A stretch of 64,000 bases of DNA from Gaiellaceae bacterium (lineage in GTDB: Bacteria > Actinomycetota > Thermoleophilia > Gaiellales > Gaiellaceae). Below are positions 25,609 to 33,897 of this stretch, one piece after another. Positions within the stretch are counted from its first letter, which is position 1, and every line of letters starts with the position of its first letter. The position numbers were made by a program, and so were the translations under genes. Location of the stretch: contig DASZWI010000131.1 of assembly GCA_035546715.1 (NCBI GenBank), forward strand, positions 35,465 to 99,464, written 5' to 3'. The notes below the pieces were generated by a model. The model made no database searches. It saw only the letters and a list, made by a program, of their open reading frames with translations, and was not told the DNA's origin.

Positions 25609-26384
25609 GCGCCGAGCGGTCTCCCGATCTGCGCGAACGAGATGGTGGACGCGAAGGGGAACCGCTCCAGGCGCAGGCGCGACAGCTCGACGGACTCGAG
25701 CAGCGCGACGGTCTCGCCCGGCCAGGCCTTCAGGTTCAGCTCGTCGAAGGCGATCACGGCGCCCTCGGGCATCCGCGGCAGGAAGGTCTCGAGCGCGACC
25801 TTCGTCGGGCCGTAGACGTCGAAGTCGAGGTAGAGGAGCGAGACGACCAGGTGCGGGTTGTCCTGGACGTACGCGGGGATGGTGGCGCAGGCGTCGCCGC
25901 GGACGAGCTCGACCTTCGGGATGTGGCCGACGAAGCGGTTGCGGTCGAACAGCTCGATGGCGCCGGAGATCTCGGCGTACGAGTCGATCGCGTAGCCGCC
26001 CTGGTGGGCGTGGCCGTTCTCGGCGCCTGCGTCGGCCGCGTCGAGCTCCTCGAAGCCCCCGAAGGTGTCGAAGCCGATGACGCGCCGGCTGTGGTTCGTC
26101 GGCTCGTAGATCGCCGACAGCTGCGCCCAGGTCAGGAGGCCGCCGCCGAAGAAGACGCCGCACTCCACCACCGAGCCGTGGACGGGCAGGACCCGCTTGA
26201 AGATCTCGTGCTTCGCGATGAACCGCGTCAAGTCCTGGCGCGGCGTGTAGAGCGCGAAGTTCATCATCTTCTCCGTCTCGGAGTAGGTGCTCTCGGCCAG
26301 CGCGCGCTCGAGGTCGCCCATGTAGGTCTGCTCGGACGTGCTGCGCGTCGCGGCTTCGAAGCGGTAGGCGTCGGTGGTGCTCAT
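25605..26384 (-). CDS. TylF/MycF-like sugar O-methyltransferase
   Basis: 259 aa. VECGVFFGGGLLTWA (SAM-binding glycine motif) and LLYLDFDVYGPTKVALE (metal-binding Asp pair) are typical of macrocin-O-methyltransferase-like enzymes. Confidence 0.75.
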   Translation of the reverse strand: MSTTDAYRFEAATRSTSEQTYMGDLERALAESTYSETEKMMNFALYTPRQDLTRFIAKHEIFKRVLPVHGSVVECGVFFGGGLLTWAQLSAIYEPTNHSRRVIGFDTFGGFEELDAADAGAENGHAHQGGYAIDSYAEISGAIELFDRNRFVGHIPKVELVRGDACATIPAYVQDNPHLVVSLLYLDFDVYGPTKVALETFLPRMPEGAVIAFDELNLKAWPGETVALLESVELSRLRLERFPFASTISFAQIGRPLGA

Positions 26385-26998
26385 CGATGGGCTCCCTTGA
26401 GGTAGAGGTAGGCGGCGACGTCGCCGGGGTGGTAGTCGTGTCGGATTGCGACGAACGGCGTCAGCGTGCGGCAGAGGTCGAGGAGCGAGACGGGGTCGAC
26501 GTAGTACTCGCCGGGCTCCGGCGAGGGCGTCCAGCTGCTCACGGCGGTGAACGCGACGGCCTCGTCGGCGAGCGCGGTCATCGCGCGGACGAGCTCCTGC
26601 ATCTTCGCCTCGGCGTCGCCCTCGAGGAGGTAGAAGATCCCTTGGGCGAGGACGACGTCGTAGCGCTCCACGGCCGGGTCGAGATCGAGCACGTTGGAGA
26701 CGCGCAGGTCGAGACCGTGCGTCGCACGGCCCGCCTCGACCATCCGAGGTGAGAGGTCGACACCGCGGTAGACCACGCCGTCGTAGCGACGGTGGAGGTG
26801 CGCGCCGAGGTCGCCGAAGCCGCAGCCGACCTCGAGCACCCGCTTGCCGGACAGGTCCATGACGTCGCCGAGCACGCGGTAGCGGCGCTCGAGGGACTCG
26901 ACGCCCGAGGCGTCGCAGGCCCGCGGGTCGTGCCCGTAGCGGTCGACCAGTTCGTCGTAGTACGAGGCGATGCGGCCGGAGTCGGCGACGGCGCTCAT
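26381..26998 (-). CDS. Class I SAM-dependent methyltransferase (205 aa)
   Basis: Internal ATG 26998 (ATGA overlap). Motif I is VLEVGCGFGDL. ATGA overlap downstream as well. Confidence 0.75.
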   Translation of the reverse strand: MSAVADSGRIASYYDELVDRYGHDPRACDASGVESLERRYRVLGDVMDLSGKRVLEVGCGFGDLGAHLHRRYDGVVYRGVDLSPRMVEAGRATHGLDLRVSNVLDLDPAVERYDVVLAQGIFYLLEGDAEAKMQELVRAMTALADEAVAFTAVSSWTPSPEPGEYYVDPVSLLDLCRTLTPFVAIRHDYHPGDVAAYLYLKGAHR

Positions 26999-28512
26999 GC
27001 CACGACCGCCTCGAAGGCGGAGCAGACGCGATCCTGCTCGTCCGGGGTCAGGTCGGGGTAGATGGGCAGCGACACGACGGCGTCGAATGCCTCGGCTGTC
27101 GTGGCCAGGTCGTCGCGCCACTGGGCGGCGGCGCGCAGATCCCAGACGGGCTGCTCGGCCCGCACCCCGCGATCGGCCAGGGCGCGGCAGACGCGCTCGG
27201 CCGAATCGGACGTCAGCCGGACGGCGTACCGGTACCAGAGGCGGTCGGGGTGCCGACGCGGCAGCACGACGATCCCGCGCTGCTCGAGGGAGGCGAGGGC
27301 AGCGTCGTAGGTCGACGCACGGGCTGCCCTGCGCGCCACGATCTCGTCCAGCCGGTCGAGCTGACAGAGGACGATGGCAGCCTCGACGTCGGTCATCTTG
27401 TCGTTCAGGTGCAGCCCGCTCGGAAGCCGGTCGCCGTAGTCGCGAGCGGAGCGGACGCGATCCAGGAGGTCGGGATCGTGGGCCGCGACGATGCCGCCCT
27501 CGCCTCCGGCGACCAGCTTGGTGGGGTAGAAGGAGCCGATCGACACGGCGCCTCCGCCGCCGAAGCGGCCGGCGTCGGTGCGGCCGCCGATGCCGTGGGC
27601 GCAGTCCTCCAGCACGGGGACACCGAGTGTCGCGAGCTCGGCGATCCGCGCGGGAGCGCCGAAGAGGTTGACTGCCACGATCGCGCGGGTGCGGCTGCTC
27701 AGGCGCTCCGAGACGGACGCGGGGTCGAGCGTCCAGTCGTCTCTCAGGACGTCGGCGAGGACCGGCTCGGCGCCGAGTGCGAGCGCGGCGTTGAGCAGGG
27801 CGACGCAGCTATAGGCGGGCACGACGACCTCGTCGCCCGGCCCGACGCCGAGCGCGAGGAGTCCGAGGCGCAGGCCGGCGAGGCCGCTGCCGACGCAGGC
27901 CGCGGCTGCCGTGCCGGTCAGCTCGCACCAGCGCCGCTCCAGCTCCGCGCCGCGCGCGCCGAGCGCGAGCCGGCCCGACCGCACGACCGCGGCGGCGGCC
28001 TCGGCCTCGGCCTCACCGAGCCACGGGCGGGAGTGCGGCACGTCGGGCGGCGTCCACGTCAAAACGACGGGGTCGGACCCCGTCTCGGACGCCTCGGCGA
28101 AGCCGGCTGCCCGGAAGGCGCGGAGCGAGGAGACGTTCGCGCGCTTGACGCGCGCGGTGACTCGGTCGACGCCGAGCTCGGAGCTGCCGGCGGCCGCGGC
28201 GAGCGCGATCAGCGTCCTGCCGTAGCCGCGGCCGCGGCACGACTCGTCCACGGAGACGGCGAGCTCGCCCGTGCGCGCGTCGCGGCGCTCGACGCGCGCA
28301 TAGCCGACCGGCCGGGTGCGATCCTCGCAGATGAAGAAGGCGGTCTCGCCGCCGGCGAGCTTGCCGGCGAGCCAGCGAACGTGCGTGTCGAACGGGATCG
28401 GCGCCGAGTCGAACGACGCCGCCCGCACGGCCGGATCGTTCGCCCAGTCGAGCAGCAGCTGCGCGTCGTCGAGCGAGGCGGGCCGCAGGGTGAGAGGAGC
28501 GGTCGGCTGCAT
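26995..28512 (-). CDS. Fusion of a GNAT N-acetyltransferase (PseH-like) with a DegT/DnrJ/EryC1-type PLP aminotransferase
   Basis: aa 1-~160 is GNAT (..VDESCRGRGYGRTLI..). aa ~170-505 is aminotransferase with the Schiff-base lysine context SFYPTKLVAGGEGG. Confidence 0.8.
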   Translation of the reverse strand: MQPTAPLTLRPASLDDAQLLLDWANDPAVRAASFDSAPIPFDTHVRWLAGKLAGGETAFFICEDRTRPVGYARVERRDARTGELAVSVDESCRGRGYGRTLIALAAAAGSSELGVDRVTARVKRANVSSLRAFRAAGFAEASETGSDPVVLTWTPPDVPHSRPWLGEAEAEAAAAVVRSGRLALGARGAELERRWCELTGTAAAACVGSGLAGLRLGLLALGVGPGDEVVVPAYSCVALLNAALALGAEPVLADVLRDDWTLDPASVSERLSSRTRAIVAVNLFGAPARIAELATLGVPVLEDCAHGIGGRTDAGRFGGGGAVSIGSFYPTKLVAGGEGGIVAAHDPDLLDRVRSARDYGDRLPSGLHLNDKMTDVEAAIVLCQLDRLDEIVARRAARASTYDAALASLEQRGIVVLPRRHPDRLWYRYAVRLTSDSAERVCRALADRGVRAEQPVWDLRAAAQWRDDLATTAEAFDAVVSLPIYPDLTPDEQDRVCSAFEAVVA

Positions 28513-28513
28513 C

Positions 28514-29578
28514 TCAGCAGACGTCCGCCGGCTCGAGCGGCTTCCCCGCAGCGACCCGGCGCGTGACGGGGCGGCCTAGGATCCAGTCGAGCGCCGCGGG
28601 CGGCAAGCCGGTCGCCGGCCGCCGGAAAGCGATGTCGGCCTCCGTCAGCGACTCGCCCGCCTCGAGCGTCCGAGCCGCGACGCACGACAGGCGGTAGTCG
28701 CGGCGTCCGATGCTCTCGGAGGCGGTCGGGCCGACGACGCTCGATCCGAGGCAGGCCTCCATCGTCCGCACGGAGTCGACGAGCTCGCGCAGCTCCGCCG
28801 GATCCGCCGAGAAGCGATGGTCGGGGCCGGGCAGGCCCTTGTCGAGCGTGAAGTGCTTCTCGACGAAGCATCCGCCCACGGCGACCGACCCCGCCGCGGC
28901 GACGGAGCCCCACGAGTGGTCGCTCAGGCCGACCGGGACGCCGAACGCGGCCGCGAGCGCCGGGAGGCGACGGAGGTTCACGTCCTCGGGAGGCGTCGGG
29001 TAGGAGGAGGTGCAGTGAAGGAGCAGGAGCTCGGTGCCGCCCGCCTCCCGGAAGGCGCGGACCGCGTCGTCGATCTCGGCCAGCGTCGACATCCCGGAGG
29101 AGAGGACCGTCGGGATGCCCGTGCGCGCCATTGCGCGCACCATCGGCAGGTGGACGAGGTAGTCGGAGCCGTTCTTCAGCAGGGGCGACGAGAGACGAAC
29201 AAGCTGGTCGATCCCGGCCTCGCTCGTCGGCGTGCTGAAGAAAACGACGCCGCGCTCGTCGCAGTGCCGCTTCAGCTCGACCCACGCATCGTCGGGCAGC
29301 TCGTAGCGCTTGAACATGTCGTACTGCGCCTCGAGGACCGTCTCGCCCTGCGAGACGTACTCGTAGGTCAGCGAACGGTCGCTGAGGAAGTCCTCGGTGC
29401 GGAAGTTCTGGAACTTCACGCCGTCCGCGCCCGCGTCGGCCGCGGCGTCGATCGAGCGGTGCGCGAGGTCGAGGTCGCCGTTGTGGTTGAGCCCGACTTC
29501 GGCGGCGACGAAGCATGGCTGGCCCGGGCCGATCAGGCGGCCGGCGACCTCGAGGGGCCGGATCTCAGGCAGCTGCAC
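28514..29578 (-). CDS. pseI: Pseudaminic/sialic acid synthase (NeuB family, canonical motifs)
   Basis: GTG 29578 with a GGAGG SD 6 nt upstream. 354 aa. Motifs AAEVGLNHNGDLDLA, GLSDHSWG and VEKHFTLD, plus a C-terminal SAF domain. Confidence 0.85.
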   Translation of the reverse strand: MQLPEIRPLEVAGRLIGPGQPCFVAAEVGLNHNGDLDLAHRSIDAAADAGADGVKFQNFRTEDFLSDRSLTYEYVSQGETVLEAQYDMFKRYELPDDAWVELKRHCDERGVVFFSTPTSEAGIDQLVRLSSPLLKNGSDYLVHLPMVRAMARTGIPTVLSSGMSTLAEIDDAVRAFREAGGTELLLLHCTSSYPTPPEDVNLRRLPALAAAFGVPVGLSDHSWGSVAAAGSVAVGGCFVEKHFTLDKGLPGPDHRFSADPAELRELVDSVRTMEACLGSSVVGPTASESIGRRDYRLSCVAARTLEAGESLTEADIAFRRPATGLPPAALDWILGRPVTRRVAAGKPLEPADVC

Positions 29579-30644
29579 GGTGAACCTCCGAGTCGATCGA
29601 GGAGAGGAGAGCGGCAGCGGCGCGGTCCGCACCGCGGCCGTCGACGAGGGCCTGCCCGCGTGCGGACATGTCGCGGCGGCGCGCGGGGTCGGCGAGCAGC
29701 GCACCGACGGCGCCCGCGGCGTCGTGGAGGCCGTCGCCGAGCGCGACGCCGAGATCGTGGTCGGCGAGGGCGGCCACGTTCGGGAGCTGGTCGCGCGAGA
29801 GCGGGACGACCGCTGCAGGGGTGCCGAGCGCGAGCAACTCCCAGCAGGTGGAGCCGCCGGCGGTCACGGCGACGTCCGCCCAGGCGATCTCGTCGGACAT
29901 GCGGTCGACCCGTCCCAGGACCTCGGTGTCGTGGTGCGACGTCCCGGCTGCGGCGACGAGGCCCGGATCGGGTGCGCCGGACGCGCCGGTGACGACGCGG
30001 ACCGAGAGGGGCCGCTCGACACCGTCGAGCGCGGCCAGGGCATCGCAGTAGAGCGCGGCGGGCGCGTTGCCGCCGAGGGTCACGAGGACGCGGCGGTCGG
30101 AGGCCGAGAACGTGCGGGCGAGGCTGTCGTGCGCCTCGGCGAACTGGGGGCGGAGGAGCGCGTAGCCGGGGCCGAGCAGCAGCCTGCGGCCGCGTGCCCC
30201 GCCGTAGAGGACGTCCCTGGCGCCGAGGTTCTGGTTGAGGATCCAGCGGACCTGGCGCAAGTCGCGATCCCCGAGGTCGTCGATCGCGCCGAGCACGAGG
30301 CCCTGAGCCGCGAGCCGCTCGAAGTAGGCGGCATCGGCGCCGTAGTGGTCGACGACGAGCGCGGAGGCGCGCCAGGCGGCGCAGGCCCCGGCCGTGGCAG
30401 CGGCGTCGGCCGCGTCGAGGGCGGCGGGCGAGGCGCATGGGACGATCGCCACGGCGAACCCCTCGTCGGCCAGAGAAGCCGCCGCCGCGGTGGACGGCTC
30501 CCCGAGGACGAACCCGATTCTCATCCCCGCGCGGCGGAGCCCTTCGGCGAGCGAGCGGCAGCGCGTGAGATGCCCCGCGCCGACGGCTTCGTTGCCGTCG
30601 ACGCGGAAGGCGACGGTCGTGGCGTTCGAACCCCTAGACGGCAT
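29565..30644 (-). CDS. pseG: UDP-2,4-diacetamido-2,4,6-trideoxy-beta-L-altropyranose hydrolase-like (PseG)
   Basis: 359 aa. FRVDGNEAVGAGHLTRCRSLAEGL is the PseG N-terminal signature. GT28-like C-domain. Confidence 0.8.
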   Translation of the reverse strand: MPSRGSNATTVAFRVDGNEAVGAGHLTRCRSLAEGLRRAGMRIGFVLGEPSTAAAASLADEGFAVAIVPCASPAALDAADAAATAGACAAWRASALVVDHYGADAAYFERLAAQGLVLGAIDDLGDRDLRQVRWILNQNLGARDVLYGGARGRRLLLGPGYALLRPQFAEAHDSLARTFSASDRRVLVTLGGNAPAALYCDALAALDGVERPLSVRVVTGASGAPDPGLVAAAGTSHHDTEVLGRVDRMSDEIAWADVAVTAGGSTCWELLALGTPAAVVPLSRDQLPNVAALADHDLGVALGDGLHDAAGAVGALLADPARRRDMSARGQALVDGRGADRAAAALLSSIDSEVHRAAA

Positions 30645-31674
30645 CCCAGCTGAGGAGCTCGTCGCGCTGGATGTCGCGCTGGGCCACGCGGCCGACGAGG
30701 ACGTCGATCAGGTCGGGGGAGATGCCCGAGCCCGGACGCTTGCAGGCGAGCATGTCGCGCTCGATGCGCGTGCCGGCGGGGATCTCGGTGCCGGCGACGA
30801 CGCTCACGAAGTACAGCTCCTTCTGGCGCAGGTCCTCGGCCGACGGAACGACGGCGTGCTTGCCGAGGACGGCCTCCGCGCGGCGGATGGTGGTCACCCA
30901 CTCCTTGAACTCGTCCGGCTCGACCGCCTTCACGTGGTGGTGGCCGGGATGCGAGCCGTCGAGCGTGAGCCGCTTCTCGAGCAGCCTGGCGCCGAGCGCG
31001 ACCGCGGTGATGTCGGGGACGACGTCGCGGCTGTCGCACGAGTACCCGGTGGGCAGGCCGAAGACCTGCTCGAGGTAGGGGACGCTCCGCACGTTGATGC
31101 CGGCGTCCTCCTTCGCATGGCTGCAGTGGACGAGGACGATCTGCTCGTTGCCCTCGCTGCGGATCGCGTCGATGGCCTTCTCGATGTCGGAGAGGCGCGT
31201 CGGGCCGAGGTCGACCTGCACCGGCTTGCCGGTGCGCGCCATGTGGCGGATCAGCGGCAGGTTGCCGACGTCCCAGGAGCTGAGCTTGAAGGCTGCGAGG
31301 CCCAGCTCGACGCCCATGTCGACGCCGTCGGCGTAGTCGATCGACGCGTAGAAGATGATGTCGCGCCGGGCGCAATGGTCGCGGATCTGCTTCCACTCCT
31401 CGAGCGAGAACTCGAGGCCCTTGAACATCTCGTACATGTTCTCGGACTTCGTGCCTCCCGCCCACTCGTAGTCGTACGACACGCTCTTGTCGCTCATGAA
31501 GTGGTCGGCGCCGATGATCTGGAACTTGATCGCGTCGGCGCCGCCGTCCTTCGCGGCGTCGATCATCGCGAGCGCCGTGGCGATGTCGCCGTTCGCGGTG
31601 GTTCCCGTCTCGACGACGATGAAGACCGGATTACCGGGGCCGAGCACCCGGTCTGCGATCTGAACGTGCTGCAT
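30634..31674 (-). CDS. Divergent NeuB-family paralogue lacking the conserved metal-binding histidines
   Basis: ATG 31674 with a GGAGG SD. 346 aa. TIM barrel plus SAF domain are intact, but the motifs read ETGTTANGD, GYSCDSRD and LEKRLTLD. Confidence 0.75.
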   Translation of the reverse strand: MQHVQIADRVLGPGNPVFIVVETGTTANGDIATALAMIDAAKDGGADAIKFQIIGADHFMSDKSVSYDYEWAGGTKSENMYEMFKGLEFSLEEWKQIRDHCARRDIIFYASIDYADGVDMGVELGLAAFKLSSWDVGNLPLIRHMARTGKPVQVDLGPTRLSDIEKAIDAIRSEGNEQIVLVHCSHAKEDAGINVRSVPYLEQVFGLPTGYSCDSRDVVPDITAVALGARLLEKRLTLDGSHPGHHHVKAVEPDEFKEWVTTIRRAEAVLGKHAVVPSAEDLRQKELYFVSVVAGTEIPAGTRIERDMLACKRPGSGISPDLIDVLVGRVAQRDIQRDELLSWDAV

Positions 31675-31796
31675 CTGCGGCGCCTCCAAGGGGTGTGGGT
31701 GCGTCACCCCGCACGGACGGCAGCGATCCGTGGCCGCACGAGGGGACATCGTGCAAGCCGGGTGTTCGTCCGACGGGCGTTAGTCTTGAGCGCGCC

Positions 31797-32534
31797 GTGA
31801 CGACCGAGCCGCTGCCCGCCGACGCACGTCGGCACGTCCTTACGGCCCACCAGCCCGTGTACCTGCCGTGGCTGGGGCTCCTGCACAAGATCTGGCTTGC
31901 GCAGACATTCGTCTCGTTCGACGACGTCCAGTACCTGCCGAAGGACTGGAACAACCGGAACAAGATCAAGTCCGCGTCTGGGCCGATCTGGCTGACGGTG
32001 CCGGTGCTGCGCAAGGGATATCTCGAGAAGCCGATCCGCGAGATCGAGATCAACAACGCTGAGCCGTGGCGCCGGAAGCACTGGCGCTCGCTGGAGGGCG
32101 CCTACGCAAAGGCGCCCTACTGGGACGACTACGCGGAGTTCTTCCGCGACCTGTACGAGCGGGAGTGGCGCACGCTCGCCGAGCTGAACGAGCACGTGCT
32201 GCGCTGGCTCCTCGAGACGCTGGGGATCTCGGTGCGCTTCGAGCGCGCTTCGGAGCTCGGCCTCGAAGGGGCGAAGTCGGCGCTCGTCCTCGACATGTGC
32301 GTCAAGCTCGGGGCCGACGTCTACGTGTTCGGGGCCCTCGGACGCGACTACGCCGATGTCGAGGCGTTCCGGGCGGCGGGCGTCGAGCCGGTCTTCCAGG
32401 AGTATCGCCACCCGGAGTACCCGCAGCTGCACGGCGCGTTCGAGCCGTATCTGTCCGTGGTCGACCTGCTGTTCAACTGCGGGCCCGAAAGTCTCGACGT
32501 GATCGTCTCCGGCCAGGAGCGCACGATCCCGTGA
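31797..32534 (+). CDS. WbqC-like family protein
   Basis: GTG 31797 is chosen to leave a 122-nt divergent spacer. HQPVYLPWLGLLHKI..FDDVQYLPKDWNNRNKIK..WRRKHWRSLEGAYAKAPYW fits the WbqC-like family. Confidence 0.7.
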   Translation: MTTEPLPADARRHVLTAHQPVYLPWLGLLHKIWLAQTFVSFDDVQYLPKDWNNRNKIKSASGPIWLTVPVLRKGYLEKPIREIEINNAEPWRRKHWRSLEGAYAKAPYWDDYAEFFRDLYEREWRTLAELNEHVLRWLLETLGISVRFERASELGLEGAKSALVLDMCVKLGADVYVFGALGRDYADVEAFRAAGVEPVFQEYRHPEYPQLHGAFEPYLSVVDLLFNCGPESLDVIVSGQERTIP

Positions 32535-33208
32535 AGCCGATCTGCGTCGTCCCCGCCCGCGGAGGCTCGAAGCGGTTCCCGCGCAAGAACGTGGCGCCGC
32601 TCGCCGGCAAGCCGCTCCTCGCCTGGACGGTTGAGCCCGCGGTGGCATCCGGGCTCTTCGACGCCGTGTGGGTCTCGTCGGAGGACGAGGCGATCCTGGA
32701 GGAGGCCGAGCGCTGGGGCGGCGAGCCGTTGCGGCGCGCCGGCGACCTGGGGGGCGACCTCGTGAGCGTCGTCGACGTCGCGCTCGACGCGCTCGACCGT
32801 GTCGGAGACGGCGCCGACGCGGTCTACCTCATGCTGCCGACCTCGCCGCTCCGCTCGCCGGAGACCATCCGCCGGGCTTGGGCCCGGTTCGAGGAGAGCG
32901 GGGCGGACGCGCTGCTGAGCGTCGTGCCGCTCGACTACCCGTGCGCCTGGGGGCTCGGCCTGGATGCGGAGGGCGCGCTGCGACCCCTCGACCCCGTGGG
33001 CTACGACACGCCGCGCCAGCAGCTGACGCCCGCCTACCGTCACGACGGAGGCCACGCGATCGTCGCCGCGGAGCCCTTCCGTGTCCGGCGGGCGCTGCTC
33101 GCCGAGCGCACGGTCGCGTTCGAGGCACCGGAAGAGGAGACTGTCGACGTGGATCGCGAGATCGACCTCGCCTGGGCCGAGTTCCTGCTCGAACGGAGGG
33201 CGCGCTGA
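32531..33208 (+). CDS. pseF: CMP-nonulosonate (pseudaminic acid) cytidylyltransferase
   Basis: GTG 32531 overlaps the upstream stop (GTGA). 225 aa. ICVVPARGGSKRFPRKNVAPLAGKPLLAWT is the CTP_transf_3 signature. Confidence 0.85.
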   Translation: MKPICVVPARGGSKRFPRKNVAPLAGKPLLAWTVEPAVASGLFDAVWVSSEDEAILEEAERWGGEPLRRAGDLGGDLVSVVDVALDALDRVGDGADAVYLMLPTSPLRSPETIRRAWARFEESGADALLSVVPLDYPCAWGLGLDAEGALRPLDPVGYDTPRQQLTPAYRHDGGHAIVAAEPFRVRRALLAERTVAFEAPEEETVDVDREIDLAWAEFLLERRAR

Positions 33209-33897
33209 CCGCCGGGTCCGTTCTGGTCGTCGCCGCGCACCCGGACGACGAGGTCCTCGGCTGCGGCGGCACGATCCCGCAGCTCGTCGCGGCGGGGCGT
33301 GCCGTGCACGTCGCGATCCTCGGCGAGGGCGTCACATCCCGCTACGCCGAGCGTGAGGGCGCCGACGTTGCGCTGCTCGACGACCTCCGGGCGGACAGCC
33401 GGCGCGCGGGCGAGACGATGGGCGCCGCCGAGGTACACCTGTTCGGCCTGCCGGACAACCGGTTCGACACCGTTGCGGCCCTCGACGTGGTCAAGGTGGT
33501 CGAGGGGCTGATCGAGGAGCTCGAGCCCGAGCTCGTCTTCACCCAGCACGGCGGAGACCTCAACGTCGACCACGGCGTCGTGTTCAGAGCCGTCCTCGCC
33601 GCCACCCGGCCGATGGCCGGCCATCCGGTCAAACGGGTCTACGGCTACGAGGTCGCCTCGTCGACCGAGTGGGCGTTCGGGCAGTTCGAACCCGTGTTCC
33701 GGCCGAACACCTTCGTCGACGTGAGCCAGACCCTCGAGACGAAGGTGGCCGCGATGGAGTGCTACCGCAGCGAGCGCCGCGCCTTTCCTCACCCGCGCTC
33801 GCCCGACGCCCTGCGGGCGGCGGCTCGCCGGTGGGGCACGACGGTCGGGCTGGAGGCCGCGGAGGCCTTCCAGCTCGTTCGCTCGATCGGTCTCTAG
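33205..33897 (+). CDS. PIG-L/LmbE-family deacetylase (proposed CTG start)
   Basis: Motifs VLVVAAHPDDEVLGCGG and HGGDLNVDH. No in-frame ATG/GTG/TTG lies before the HPDDE motif. GGAGG sits 5 nt upstream of CTG 33205, which overlaps the pseF stop. Confidence 0.7.
   Translation: MTAGSVLVVAAHPDDEVLGCGGTIPQLVAAGRAVHVAILGEGVTSRYAEREGADVALLDDLRADSRRAGETMGAAEVHLFGLPDNRFDTVAALDVVKVVEGLIEELEPELVFTQHGGDLNVDHGVVFRAVLAATRPMAGHPVKRVYGYEVASSTEWAFGQFEPVFRPNTFVDVSQTLETKVAAMECYRSERRAFPHPRSPDALRAAARRWGTTVGLEAAEAFQLVRSIGL

Noticed and set aside
20516-26163. Taking ORFs 20516..23647, 22867..26163 and 33898..36069 at full length as giant proteins.
   Set aside because: The N-terminal extensions are Arg/Pro-rich junk that overlaps the upstream gene. 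Each has an internal ATG or GTG forming a 4-nt overlap with, or lying 2 nt after, the upstream stop. Recognisable domain sequence begins at that internal start.
33205-33897. The PIG-L deacetylase and the RibD_C-like gene (61649..62455) as frameshifted pseudogenes.
   Set aside because: Both domains are full length with intact motifs and clean GC3 signal. Each has a well-spaced GGAGG before a CTG that overlaps the upstream stop. A pseudogene or sequencing error cannot be excluded without reads or orthologues, so the issue is reported as a finding instead.
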